From Candidatus Limnocylindria bacterium (GTDB lineage Bacteria > Chloroflexota > Limnocylindria > Limnocylindrales > CSP1-4): DNA of 61,539 nt. Positions 17,231-26,225 of the stretch are shown here, one piece after another. Both the position numbers and the translations under genes were made by a program. The number at the start of each line of letters is the position of its first letter. Position 1 is the first letter of the stretch. Below the pieces are notes generated by a model that was not told the origin of the DNA, did no database searches, and saw nothing but the letters and a program-made list of their open reading frames with translations. Location: the NCBI GenBank assembly GCA_035513775.1, contig DATKBR010000007.1, positions 1 to 61,539 of the forward strand, given 5' to 3'.

Positions 17231-18283
17231 GTGAAGGAGCCCCTGCACGAGGACGTGCTGCGGCAGAAGGTCGGCGATGCTCGGAAGGCGTCGAGCGCGG
17301 ACCAGATGGTCGCCGATGCCGACCAGTCGGCGTCGGACGCCGATCAGATTTCCTCTGACACCGACCAGGCGGCATCGGATCGAGACCAGACCGCCGCGGA
17401 CCGCGACCAACAGGCCTCGGACCTGGACCAGGCGACCGCGGACAAGGACCGCGCGGCCAATCGAGATCTGTCTACCGCCGACGCTAGGGCCTACGAGAGC
17501 TCCCGGGAGAAGCGAGAAGACGCGTCGCTCGAACGCCTCGGCAACCGGATCCCCCGCCACGCGACCGCTCGCGAGCGGCACCAGGCGGCGACCGATCGGG
17601 ACCGGATGGCGGAGATCCGCGACGAGGGAGGCCGGGGTCGGGACGCGAACGCGGCCGATTTGGAACTCCCGTCCACCGAGCGGGAGGTCCAGCTCCTGCA
17701 TGAGCTCGGCGAGGTGCGCGCCCAGGCCGCGGCGGCCCGCGAGCGCGCGGCGGTGGATCGCGCCCGGGCCGCCTCGGACCGGGCCAAGGCGGCCCACGAG
17801 CGGGGCCGGCTTGAGGCGGAGCTGCAGGCCGCCCACCTCGACGAGCTCACCGGTGCTTACCCGCCCGAGATGGGTCGCCTGACCCTCACCCACGAGATCG
17901 AGCGCGTGCGACGGTCGGGCGGGGGGCTCGTCGTGGCCTTAGTCGACGTTGACGAGCTCAAGACGGTGAATGATCGCGACAGCCACGCCGCGGGCGATCT
18001 CGTGCTGCAGTCCGTCGTGCGAGCGATCCGGGCACGGCTGGGCTCGTTCGACCCGATCATCCGCTACGGCGGCGACGCGTTCGTCTGCGGGATGGGCAGC
18101 ACGGACATCGCCGAAGCGCAGCGCCGGTTCGACTTGATCGGCATCGCGGTAGAGGCTGACGCCGGCGTCGGAATCAGCGTCGGGCTCGCGGAGCTCGAGC
18201 CAGGCGACACTGCCGATGGGCTGACCCAACGGGCTGACGAGGCCATGCTCGCTGTCAGGGCAGCGCGTCGCGCGGCGCTGTAG
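17231..18283 (+). CDS. GGDEF-domain protein (GGDAF variant) with N-terminal heptad coiled coil
   Basis: LDELTGAY, VDVDELKTVND, HAAGD, RYGGDAF, ISVGLA, RADEAM; GTG 17231 preferred start. Confidence 0.88.
   Translation: MKEPLHEDVLRQKVGDARKASSADQMVADADQSASDADQISSDTDQAASDRDQTAADRDQQASDLDQATADKDRAANRDLSTADARAYESSREKREDASLERLGNRIPRHATARERHQAATDRDRMAEIRDEGGRGRDANAADLELPSTEREVQLLHELGEVRAQAAAARERAAVDRARAASDRAKAAHERGRLEAELQAAHLDELTGAYPPEMGRLTLTHEIERVRRSGGGLVVALVDVDELKTVNDRDSHAAGDLVLQSVVRAIRARLGSFDPIIRYGGDAFVCGMGSTDIAEAQRRFDLIGIAVEADAGVGISVGLAELEPGDTADGLTQRADEAMLAVRAARRAAL
17300..17446 (+). repeat. Seven coding heptad repeats DQxxx(D)x
   Basis: DQMVADA DQSASDA DQISSDT DQAASDR DQTAADR DQQASDL DQATADK. 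Confidence 0.85.
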
Positions 18284-18603
18284 CGGACGGTGCGGGGAAG
18301 CGATAGTGCGCAGCTGCCACGGCCCTCGCCGGGCGGCCCGTGTTGTCGGCCTGCAGTCGCCTCGCGTGACGTAGCAACGCGCCTACCCCGCCTCCGCGAG
18401 GGTCCAGAGGATCGGGCCCCCGACGGTCAGTGTTTCGCTGCCGCTTACAGCATGCCCTCGAGCAACACGGTTGCGACCGGCCCACGCTCACCGGGCCAAG
18501 ATGCCGCCAAACCCGTCGATAGCTGGAATGGCGCTTAGCCGTCGAACCTTCGAAATCCAACCTTGATCCGACACCGGCATCGACATCTGTCGATTTGCTA
18601 GAG

Positions 18604-18676
18604 CGCCCCCGGACGGACTCGAACCGCCGACGCCAGCCTTAGGACGGCTGCGCTCTGTCCACTGAGCTACGGGGGC
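18604..18676 (-). tRNA. tRNA-Arg(CCT), CCA not encoded
   Basis: GCCCCCG/CGGGGGC acceptor stem, TAGCTCAGTGG D arm, CAGCC-GTCCTAA-GGCTG anticodon arm, GGTTCGAGTCC T arm. Confidence 0.95.
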
Positions 18677-18719
18677 GCGGTCCTGATCGTACCCGGCCCG
18701 GCTTCGGCGAGTGTCGATG

Positions 18720-18725
18720 TAGGAT
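18720..18725 (+). promoter_or_regulatory. -10 box TAGGAT, leaderless geometry
   Basis: 7 nt upstream of ATG 18733. Confidence 0.6.
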
Positions 18726-18732
18726 CGACGGG

Positions 18733-19023
18733 ATGTCTCCCCTGCCCGATCTGGTCCTGTATACGCGCCCCGGTTGCAGTCTCTGCGACGAAGCACGCGA
18801 TGCGATCAGCCTCGTCGTCGAGGATCGGCGGGCGCGCGAACTGGTGGTTCCGAACGTGGTCGAACGCGACATCGAGGCCGACGACGAGCTGCATCGCCGC
18901 CTGCTGGAGCGAATCCCGGTAGTCGAGATCGGCAACCTTCGGGTCGAGCTCATCGTCACGGTGGGCAAGGTGCGACGGCTGTTGAACGAGGCGCTCGGCG
19001 ATGCGGCGACGATGGCCGGCTGA
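18733..19023 (+). CDS. Glutaredoxin-like protein (DUF836)
   Basis: LVLYTRPGCSLCDEA...ERDI...ERIPVV. Confidence 0.88.
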   Translation: MSPLPDLVLYTRPGCSLCDEARDAISLVVEDRRARELVVPNVVERDIEADDELHRRLLERIPVVEIGNLRVELIVTVGKVRRLLNEALGDAATMAG

Positions 19024-19898
19024 TGGATCTCACCATCGCGCTCGCCGTCGGCGCGGGGCTGTTGAGCTTCCTCTCGCCGTGCGTGCTCCCGCTGGTGCCG
19101 GCGTACATCGGGCAGCTATCAGCCGTGGCCGTGGTGGGTCGCGTGGACGGGCGCGCCTCCAGGTGGCTGGCCGTGCGGCATGCGCTCGCGTACGTTGTCG
19201 GGTTCGGGGCGGTGTTCACGGGCCTTGGAATCACGGCGACTTACGCCGCGGGGCCGCTCTTCGACTGGCTGCCGTTCCTGCGCCAACTGGGCGGCGTGCT
19301 CCTCATCGTGCTTGGGCTGAATCTCGCCGGCGTGCTCCGGATCCCGGCCCTGGGCCGAACATGGCGGCCGCTGGAGGCGGGCGCGGCCGGCTCCGTCGCG
19401 AGCGCGACGGGAACGATGGCGCTGGCGTCGCCCGGCGCGGCCGGCGGCAGCGTTGGCGTCGGCAACGGCCTGGGCGACGGCTCTGCCGGCCCCGCTGGAG
19501 GCGGCGCGGGAGCGAGATTCGCCGATCGACTTGGCGGCCGAATCGTCGGCGCGCGCGGCGGCTGGCTGGCGTCGTTCGGGCTGGGCGCGATCTTCGCGAT
19601 CGGCTGGACGCCGTGCGTCGGCGTGATCCTCGGCGGTATCCTGACCCTCGCCGCGACGAGCGGCTCCACGCTCCAGGGCGCGACCCTGCTCGTCGCCTAT
19701 ACCGCCGGCCTTGGCATCCCGTTCCTGCTCATTGCGATGGCCTACGACCGCGCGCCCCGGATCCTGGCCCCGCTCCTTCGGCGCGGCCAGCTCGTGTCGG
19801 TTATCGGCGGTCTGCTCGTCGTCGCGATCGGCGTGGCGATGCTCTTCGACTGGCTCTCGCTCCTGCCCCAGTTCATCCCCATCAACACGGAGATCTGA
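19023..19898 (+). CDS. ccdA: Cytochrome c biogenesis / disulfide transporter CcdA
   Basis: AGLLSFLSPCVLPLVPAY and GWTPCVGVILG; TGATG overlap with the upstream gene. Confidence 0.92.
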   Translation: MDLTIALAVGAGLLSFLSPCVLPLVPAYIGQLSAVAVVGRVDGRASRWLAVRHALAYVVGFGAVFTGLGITATYAAGPLFDWLPFLRQLGGVLLIVLGLNLAGVLRIPALGRTWRPLEAGAAGSVASATGTMALASPGAAGGSVGVGNGLGDGSAGPAGGGAGARFADRLGGRIVGARGGWLASFGLGAIFAIGWTPCVGVILGGILTLAATSGSTLQGATLLVAYTAGLGIPFLLIAMAYDRAPRILAPLLRRGQLVSVIGGLLVVAIGVAMLFDWLSLLPQFIPINTEI

Positions 19899-19905
19899 GG
19901 CGCGC

Positions 19906-20640
19906 GTGACCGACCAGCCACCGATCGCGCCCGACCAGCGCGAGCCCGAGACTCTCACTCCCCCACCCCGCCCCATCCGCCGACGGGGCGTCGGGCCGTT
20001 CAGCCTGCGCCAGGTGACGATTGCGATCGTCGCGATGATGGGCGCCGCCATCGCCGGGACGCTCGCCACGGTCCCGATCGGCAACATCGTGCCCGGGCTC
20101 CCGGTGCCCGACCCATCGGCCTTCCTCATCCGCTCGCCGATCCCGGGCCTGCGCATCGGCGACCTCGCGCCGGAGCTCGAGGGCGACGGCCCAGGCGGTC
20201 GCGTGACCCTCACCGACCTCGACGGCAACCCGGTCCGGCTCGCCGACCTGCGTGGCAAGGCGGTCTGGATCAACTTCTGGGCAAGCTGGTGCCCGCCCTG
20301 CCAGTACGAGACGCCGACCATTCGCGCGATTGACCAGCGCTACCGCGACCGGGGCCTGGTCATCGTCGCCATCCAGGTCCAGCAGACGGTCGACGACGGG
20401 CGCGCCTATGCCGACCGGTACGGGCTCGAGTACACGATCGGCGCCGATGTCACCGGCGCGGTCTTCCACACCTACAAGGTCTTCGCGCTGCCGACGCAGT
20501 TCTTCATCGACCCGACCGGCGTGGTTCGCCAGATCGTGAACGGCCCGATAGACGAGGCGGACGCGGCGGCGCTGATCGAGTCGATCCTGCCCCCGGCACC
20601 TAGCGGGGCGACTCCCGCGCCGGTACCGTCACCGTCGTGA
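19906..20640 (+). CDS. Membrane-anchored TlpA/ResA-like thiol-disulfide oxidoreductase
   Basis: N-terminal TM helix, INFWASWCPPC, YKVFALPTQFFID. Confidence 0.9.
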   Translation: MTDQPPIAPDQREPETLTPPPRPIRRRGVGPFSLRQVTIAIVAMMGAAIAGTLATVPIGNIVPGLPVPDPSAFLIRSPIPGLRIGDLAPELEGDGPGGRVTLTDLDGNPVRLADLRGKAVWINFWASWCPPCQYETPTIRAIDQRYRDRGLVIVAIQVQQTVDDGRAYADRYGLEYTIGADVTGAVFHTYKVFALPTQFFIDPTGVVRQIVNGPIDEADAAALIESILPPAPSGATPAPVPSPS

Positions 20641-21794
20641 GCCCTCGACGAACCTCAAAACGCTCCTCGAAGGCCGCGAAAGCGGTGTCGGTCGGTTCAG
20701 GGCCGACGATGGCGGAGCTCGACGCAATCCGGCGGACATGCCGGCGCTTCCTCGGCGGCCACGGGTACCGAAGCACTGCCGCACAGCTGGCCGCGATCCC
20801 GGCAGACGTCCAGGAGGATGTCTACGGCGAAGGCGGAGTCGTGGCGGAACTCGAGGCCGAGATCGCGACGATCCTGGGCAAGCCGGCGGCGGTGTTCATG
20901 CCCAGCGGGACGATGGCTCAGCAGATCGTCCTGCGCGTCCATGCGGATCGGCGCAACCGGCGCACGGTGCTCTACCACCCGCAATGCCATCTCGAGGTGC
21001 ATGAGCTCGACGCGCCGGGGCGGCTGCATCGCCTGCATGGCCGGCCGGTTGGCAGCCGCGAACGACTCATCACCATCGACGACCTGCGCGCGACGCCGGA
21101 CGGCTCGACACCTGTGGCCGAGGCGCCCGCGGCCCTCCTGCTCGAGCTCCCGCAGCGGGACCTCGGCGGCCAGCTACCGGCCTGGAAGGACCTCGTCGCG
21201 CAGGTCGACTGGGCGCACTCGGTGGGCGCCGCGGCGCACATGGACGGCGCTCGTCTCTGGCAGTGCGCTGGCTTCTACGACCGCCCGATCGAGGCGATCG
21301 CTGCCCCGTTCGACACCGTCTACGTCTCGTTCTACAAGGACATCGGCGCGTTTGCCGGCGCGGCTGTCGCAGGCCCGACGGACGTGATCGCGGAGGTCCG
21401 CGAGTGGCGCCAAATGCACGGCGGCACTCTGTTCACCATGTGGCCGCACGCGGCGTCCGCGCTTGCCAACCTCCGCGCGCGTCTGCCGCGCATGCCCGCG
21501 TATCGCGCCCAGGCCCTCGCACTTGCCGACGCCGTGCGCGACCTGCCCGGCCTCCAGCTCGTCCCCGACCCGCCACAGGCCTCGATGTTCCACCTCGTCT
21601 TCCATCGCGACCCGGGGGCGCTCCAGGAAGCGGCGTTGCGCCTCGCCAAGGACGACGGCATCTGGACGTGGGGCAAGTTCCACCCGACCGAGGTCCCCGG
21701 CACCTCACGGGCCGAGCTCGGCGTCGGAGATGCCGCGCTCGAGTGGACGCCTGCCGAGTTCCGCGACGTGATCGCCCGCCTGCTCGCCGGCTGA
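20637..21794 (+). CDS. Low-specificity L-threonine aldolase / beta-eliminating lyase family
   Basis: AVFMPSGTMAQQ, HMDGARLW, VSFYK (PLP lysine); start may be 20709. Confidence 0.88.
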   Translation: MSPRRTSKRSSKAAKAVSVGSGPTMAELDAIRRTCRRFLGGHGYRSTAAQLAAIPADVQEDVYGEGGVVAELEAEIATILGKPAAVFMPSGTMAQQIVLRVHADRRNRRTVLYHPQCHLEVHELDAPGRLHRLHGRPVGSRERLITIDDLRATPDGSTPVAEAPAALLLELPQRDLGGQLPAWKDLVAQVDWAHSVGAAAHMDGARLWQCAGFYDRPIEAIAAPFDTVYVSFYKDIGAFAGAAVAGPTDVIAEVREWRQMHGGTLFTMWPHAASALANLRARLPRMPAYRAQALALADAVRDLPGLQLVPDPPQASMFHLVFHRDPGALQEAALRLAKDDGIWTWGKFHPTEVPGTSRAELGVGDAALEWTPAEFRDVIARLLAG

Positions 21795-21801
21795 CCGACC
21801 G

Positions 21802-22608
21802 CTACCGGCGCCCGACCAAGAAGCAGGTTTCGATCAGACCCAAGCCCTTGAGCTGGATCGGGCCGCGTCGCTCCAGCGCATAGCGGTCCTCCAGCCGCGC
21901 TGCAAGCTCGGACGAAACGTGAATGCGCCCGCCCTCGGAGGTCGTCTCCAGGCGGCTCGCGGTGTTGACCGTGTCGCCCCAGACGTCGTAGGCGAACCGG
22001 GTTGTACCCACGATGCCCGCATACAAGGGGCCGCTGTGGATCCCGATCCGGATCCGCCAATCCGCGAGCGCCCCCTCGCGCCCGGCCACGAATGCACACA
22101 TCCCCAGGGCGGTCTCGGCAACGGCCGCGGCGTCGTCCGTGCTCGTCTCGGACAGCCCGCCGACGACGAGGTATGCGTCGCCGATCGTCTTGATCTTCTC
22201 GACGCCGTTCCGCTCGGAGATGGCGTCGAACCCGGAGAACAGCTCGTTGAGCTCGTCGATCAGCGCCTGCGGCTCCAGGGTCGCGGCGATCCGCGTGAAG
22301 TCCACGAAGTCGCTGAACAGCACGGTTGCGGAGTCGTGGCGATCGGCGATCCGGGATTCGCCGGCCTCGAGCCGCTGTACGATCCGGTCCGGCAGGACGT
22401 TCAGGAGCAGCTGTCGCGACCGGGCGCGCTCGTCCTCGAGATCCCGGACCAGCTTCGAGAGCAGCTTCGAGTTCGAATCCTGAAATCCCTCCATCTGGCG
22501 GACGTTCGCCTCCAGCCGTCGGAGCTTCCGCTCGAGCGTGCGATTCTCGTGCTCCAGGCTCCTGGGCACGTCCGGATCGGTCCGAGGCGAGACGTCGCCC
22601 TCGCTCAC
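21802..22608 (-). CDS. Class III adenylate cyclase with N-terminal coiled coil
   Basis: VLFSDFVDFT, EKIKTIGDAY, RIGIHSGP, YDVWGDTVNTASRLE (Lys/Asp ATP-specifying pair); GTGA overlap with the FIST gene. Confidence 0.92.
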   Translation of the reverse strand: MSEGDVSPRTDPDVPRSLEHENRTLERKLRRLEANVRQMEGFQDSNSKLLSKLVRDLEDERARSRQLLLNVLPDRIVQRLEAGESRIADRHDSATVLFSDFVDFTRIAATLEPQALIDELNELFSGFDAISERNGVEKIKTIGDAYLVVGGLSETSTDDAAAVAETALGMCAFVAGREGALADWRIRIGIHSGPLYAGIVGTTRFAYDVWGDTVNTASRLETTSEGGRIHVSSELAARLEDRYALERRGPIQLKGLGLIETCFLVGRR

Positions 22609-23792
22609 GCGCGGTGCGAGCCGAGCAGCACGGACACCATCGTGGCGTTGTGGAACTTCGACGACCCCCCGTCGAGGAACGGCGCGATCTCGCCCATGCA
22701 GTAGAACCCGGCGACGGGTGTCGCGGTCCCGACGATGGCCTGAACCGCCTCCATTTCGCGTCCGGTCCGGGTGCCGAGCAGGAATCGACGCACGACGCAC
22801 GAGTACAGGAGCGCGCCCCCGGGCGTTCCGCCGGCCGGGAACCGAGCGAGCGCGTCCGAGATCGAGGCCGTCGCGCCGTCGAGGATGTCGTCGGTGGCCG
22901 CGACCGTCAGTTGCACTGTGGAACCCTCGGGCACCGAGCCGAAGAACGCCACCTCGCCCGTGCCATGGTCAAGGGCCGTGGCGGTGCGCAGATAGAACTC
23001 GGTCGCATCGGGTGTCGCGAACACCGCGAGCGGGTTGGCGATCGGCGGCGGCTGGCCGGGCGCCGTCCCGACGTATCGATTGAAGAACTCGACCGCGGGC
23101 CGCCCGTCGATCTCGAGGACGCGGCCGGGGCCGGCCCGGGTAATGGTCGCCCGCGGGCCCACGCCGCGCCAGCCCGTCTCGACCCCGAACGAGTAGTCCA
23201 GAGGCCCGGAGAACAGGAGAAGCGCGATGCCGCCGTCGATCACCGAATCATTCGCGAACTGCAACCCCGAGGTCGCCGCCGGGTCCATCACAGGATCGCG
23301 CGCCGTGGCGCCGCCCCCGACGATCGGGACGTCGGGCCCGAGCTCGGCTCGCAGCCCATCGAGGATGATCGAGGCGTCGATGACGCCGATCGTCGGCATC
23401 ACGATGCACAGCGTCGGGGGCTGGGACGTTGGAGCCCGCGCGCCCGCGACCGCCTCGCGGATCACAGCTTGCGGATCGACCGCGAGGTTGCGGCCGAGCC
23501 CGACGGTGATGTCGATGTCGTCCGAGGCGAACACGGCGAGGGCGATCGAATCCTGCTGGAAGCCCATCACCGAGGTCATCTCGCCGCCGGAGCTCGAGCC
23601 GGCGAGGGCGATGCCCGGGTAATGCGACCGCACGGCGTCGAGGACGTGCTGGTGATCTGCCTCCCACGCGGCGAACAAGAGCCCGGCCGTTGGGGCCACT
23701 CCCGCGAGGGCCGCATCGCACTCGGCGAGGACCGCGGTGAGCGCAGCGTCGACGTCGATGTCGTCGCTGTGGCCGACTGCCATCCGGAACAT
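22605..23792 (-). CDS. FIST N/C domain sensor protein
   Basis: GSSSGGE, VPIVGGGA, GWRGVG, EIDGRPA, FGSVPEG, SCVVRR, GFYCMGEI. Confidence 0.9.
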   Translation of the reverse strand: MFRMAVGHSDDIDVDAALTAVLAECDAALAGVAPTAGLLFAAWEADHQHVLDAVRSHYPGIALAGSSSGGEMTSVMGFQQDSIALAVFASDDIDITVGLGRNLAVDPQAVIREAVAGARAPTSQPPTLCIVMPTIGVIDASIILDGLRAELGPDVPIVGGGATARDPVMDPAATSGLQFANDSVIDGGIALLLFSGPLDYSFGVETGWRGVGPRATITRAGPGRVLEIDGRPAVEFFNRYVGTAPGQPPPIANPLAVFATPDATEFYLRTATALDHGTGEVAFFGSVPEGSTVQLTVAATDDILDGATASISDALARFPAGGTPGGALLYSCVVRRFLLGTRTGREMEAVQAIVGTATPVAGFYCMGEIAPFLDGGSSKFHNATMVSVLLGSHRA

Positions 23793-23799
23793 GTAGCGG

Positions 23800-23805
23800 A
23801 GCCTA
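23800..23805 (-). promoter_or_regulatory. -10 box TAGGCT, leaderless geometry
   Basis: 7 nt upstream of ATG 23792. Confidence 0.55.
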
Positions 23806-23857
23806 CCGCGCCGGGACCCGATCGGCAGTCGCGGACCCGTGCGTCGACCGGCGGCCG

Positions 23858-24742
23858 TCAGACGGGTTCGAACCGATAGCGATCGCGATCCGGGGTCAGG
23901 CGCCCGATCGGCGTCACGGGCTCGTGGCTCAACGCGACGAGCCAGTCTTCCTCGGCGGCGCGTGCGAAGAGCTCGCCCTTGACCTCGACCGAGTCGAGCG
24001 GGAAGTCGTCGAACGAGGTGACCCAGCGCGGGTTCGAGCTCCACGGCCGCATACCGAGGTCGCCGAAGAACGCGAGCGTGCGGCCGTCGGTGCCGGCCGT
24101 GCCGGCCCTCGCTCCCGTGCCGCGCACGACGATCGCCTGGTGGCCCTTCGAGTGGCCGCCGGTCCGGATCACGGACACGCCCGGCAGCAGCTCGGTCTCG
24201 CCGTCGACGGCGCCCTCGCTCCCCCACTCGTGGACGAGCCGCAGCTCGGGCTGGTCGTACGACGCCACGATCCGGCTGTTTTCGTCCAGCGCGATGTCCC
24301 ACTCGGCGCGCTGGGCCACGATCCGCGCCCGCGGGAACGCCTTGGAGCCGTCGGCGCGGAGCAAGCCGCCGGCGTGGTCGAAGTGCAGGTGGCTCATCAC
24401 CACGAGGTCCACCGTGGCGGGGTCGAGCCCGGCCGCCTCCATTGCCGCTACGACGGGTCTGCCCTCGTAGCGCCGCATCTCGCGGACCTTGTCGGGGACG
24501 CGCTCGCCGATCCCGGTTTCGATCAGGACGCGCCCCGCCGGCGTCTCGACGAGGAGGCAGTTGAGCGCCTGGAGGAGTCGATGCTCGTGGTCGATCTCGT
24601 CGGTGACGAGGCGGTCCCACAGGATCCGCGGCACCGGCCCGAACAACGCGCCGGCGTCGGACCGGAACGTGCCCGCCTGGATCAGCGAGACGCGCGTCCC
24701 GCCGCCCAGGTCCGTGGTCCAGTCGACCGCGTCGTTCATCAT
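23858..24742 (-). CDS. MBL-fold hydrolase, YtnP-like
   Basis: DAGALFGPVPRILW, LIETGIG, SHLHFDHAGG, TGGHSKGHQ, GDL, HEP. Confidence 0.9.
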   Translation of the reverse strand: MMNDAVDWTTDLGGGTRVSLIQAGTFRSDAGALFGPVPRILWDRLVTDEIDHEHRLLQALNCLLVETPAGRVLIETGIGERVPDKVREMRRYEGRPVVAAMEAAGLDPATVDLVVMSHLHFDHAGGLLRADGSKAFPRARIVAQRAEWDIALDENSRIVASYDQPELRLVHEWGSEGAVDGETELLPGVSVIRTGGHSKGHQAIVVRGTGARAGTAGTDGRTLAFFGDLGMRPWSSNPRWVTSFDDFPLDSVEVKGELFARAAEEDWLVALSHEPVTPIGRLTPDRDRYRFEPV

Positions 24743-24801
24743 CGGTGGACTCGCCTCGATCGTGCCGCCGGCTTCGAAGGGCGACCAGCAGGAGGATAGC
24801 C

Positions 24802-25188
24802 GTGCGCACGGTGCTCTTGGCCCCCAGCGCCCCGGCGCCGGTCGGCCCCTACAGCGTGGGGATCGCCACAGAGACGCTCGTGTTCTGCGCCGCGCAGGCC
24901 GGCCTCGATCCCACCACCGGCCGGCTCGCGGAGGGCGGAACCGGCCCCGAGACCGAGCAGGCCCTCGCGAATCTCGCCGCCGTCCTCGCCGCGGACGGCC
25001 TGACCTTCGCGGACGTGGTCAAGTCGAACCTGTACCTGCTCGACATGAACGACTGGGCGGCGGTCAACGAGATCTACGGCCGTGCGATGGGCCCGAACCC
25101 GCCGGCACTGACAACGGTGGGCGTCGCCTCGCTGCCGATCGGCGCCCGGATCGAGATCGACATGGTGGCCGCGCGGCGCGAGAGGTGA
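24802..25188 (+). CDS. RidA/YjgF family enamine deaminase
   Basis: APAPVGPYS, NPPALTTVGVASLPIGARIEIDMVA; GGAGG RBS before GTG 24802. Confidence 0.9.
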   Translation: MRTVLLAPSAPAPVGPYSVGIATETLVFCAAQAGLDPTTGRLAEGGTGPETEQALANLAAVLAADGLTFADVVKSNLYLLDMNDWAAVNEIYGRAMGPNPPALTTVGVASLPIGARIEIDMVAARRER

Positions 25189-25210
25189 GCCCGGCCGGCG
25201 TTCGGGCGAC

Positions 25211-25408
25211 TTTCCGCTTGACGCGAACAGGAGGCGTGATTCACGTCGGCATCGCGGGTCCGTGCCGGCCGAGAGGCTGTATCGGAACCGCTCATGACGT
25301 GCCTTCACGCTCGCGGCGGGTCGAAGCAGGCTCCTGGGTAGATTCCCGGGCACGCGCCGCCGCCTACCGCCGTCCCGAAACCCCGGATCTGTTCACTTGA
25401 AGCGGAAA
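25211..25408. repeat. ~200-bp intergenic element bounded by 20-bp imperfect inverted repeats (MITE/REP-like)
   Basis: tttccgcttgacgcgaacag (25211-25230) versus the reverse complement of 25389-25408, tttccgcttcaagtgaacag: 17/20 match. Confidence 0.55.
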
Positions 25409-25463
25409 TCTACCGAGGCCGCATCCGCGGTCGCCACGGTCTGTCGCCGCACCTGCCCCGGGG

Positions 25464-26075
25464 TCACTCGGCGCGTTCGGCGGGCTCCTTCGAGGCTGCG
25501 CCCGACCCGTTCGAGAAATCTCGGTGGAAGGCCGACGCGGTCGGCTCGGACTGGCCCTGGTACTTCGATCCGAGATCCGGGCTGCCGTACGGCCGGTCCA
25601 CCGGGCTCGTCATGCGGAAGAAGCTGATCTGGCCGATCTTCATGCCGTGGTAGAGCGCGATCGGCAGGTTCGCCACGTTCGACAGCTCGAGGGTCAGGTT
25701 GCCCTTCCAGCCCGGGTCGACGTAGCCCGCGGTGGAGTGGATGAGGAGCCCCAGGCGGCCCAGACTCGATTTTCCTTCGAGCCTGGCGACGAGATCGTTC
25801 GGCAGCTCCGTCCATTCGAGCGTCTGGCCGAGGACGAACTCGCCCGGGTGGAGGATGAATGGCTCGTCGTCGGCGATCGTCAGGAGCTCGGTGAGGTCGG
25901 GCTGCTTCTTGCGCACGTCGATGTACGGGTAGCGGTTGTTCCGGAAGACGCGGAAGCTGCGGTCGAGGTGGAGGTCCACCGACGACGGCTGCAGGTCTTG
26001 CGGGTCATACGGCCGGACGACGATCTCGCCGGCTTCGATGGCGGCGCGGATGTCGCGGTCGGAAAGGACGCTCAT
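25464..26075 (-). CDS. dcd: dCTP deaminase
   Basis: [52 protein letters not shown]...KYQGQ. Confidence 0.96.
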   Translation of the reverse strand: MSVLSDRDIRAAIEAGEIVVRPYDPQDLQPSSVDLHLDRSFRVFRNNRYPYIDVRKKQPDLTELLTIADDEPFILHPGEFVLGQTLEWTELPNDLVARLEGKSSLGRLGLLIHSTAGYVDPGWKGNLTLELSNVANLPIALYHGMKIGQISFFRMTSPVDRPYGSPDLGSKYQGQSEPTASAFHRDFSNGSGAASKEPAERAE

Positions 26076-26213
26076 GCAAGGGCGATGATCGCATGCAGCG
26101 GCCCAGCGCGGCGCCCCCCGGCGTCGGCCGCGATCGCGACGACGGCCGCGCAAGGACCACGGCGCGTGCCAGAGCGGCGAGCACCCAAGGGCGGGCCGCC
26201 GCCGGTCGCGCGC

Positions 26214-26219
26214 TACGAT
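26214..26219 (+). promoter_or_regulatory. -10 box TACGAT, leaderless geometry
   Basis: 6 nt upstream of ATG 26226. Confidence 0.6.
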
Positions 26220-26225
26220 CGGGCG

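Noticed and set aside
22605-24809. 734-aa ORF as one protein
   Set aside because: The N-terminal part is an off-frame overlap of the MBL gene; the FIST protein starts at 23792 with its own -10
25524-26225. N-terminal extension of the decarboxylase
   Set aside because: Antisense to dcd; the real start is 26226 (TACGAT 6 nt upstream)
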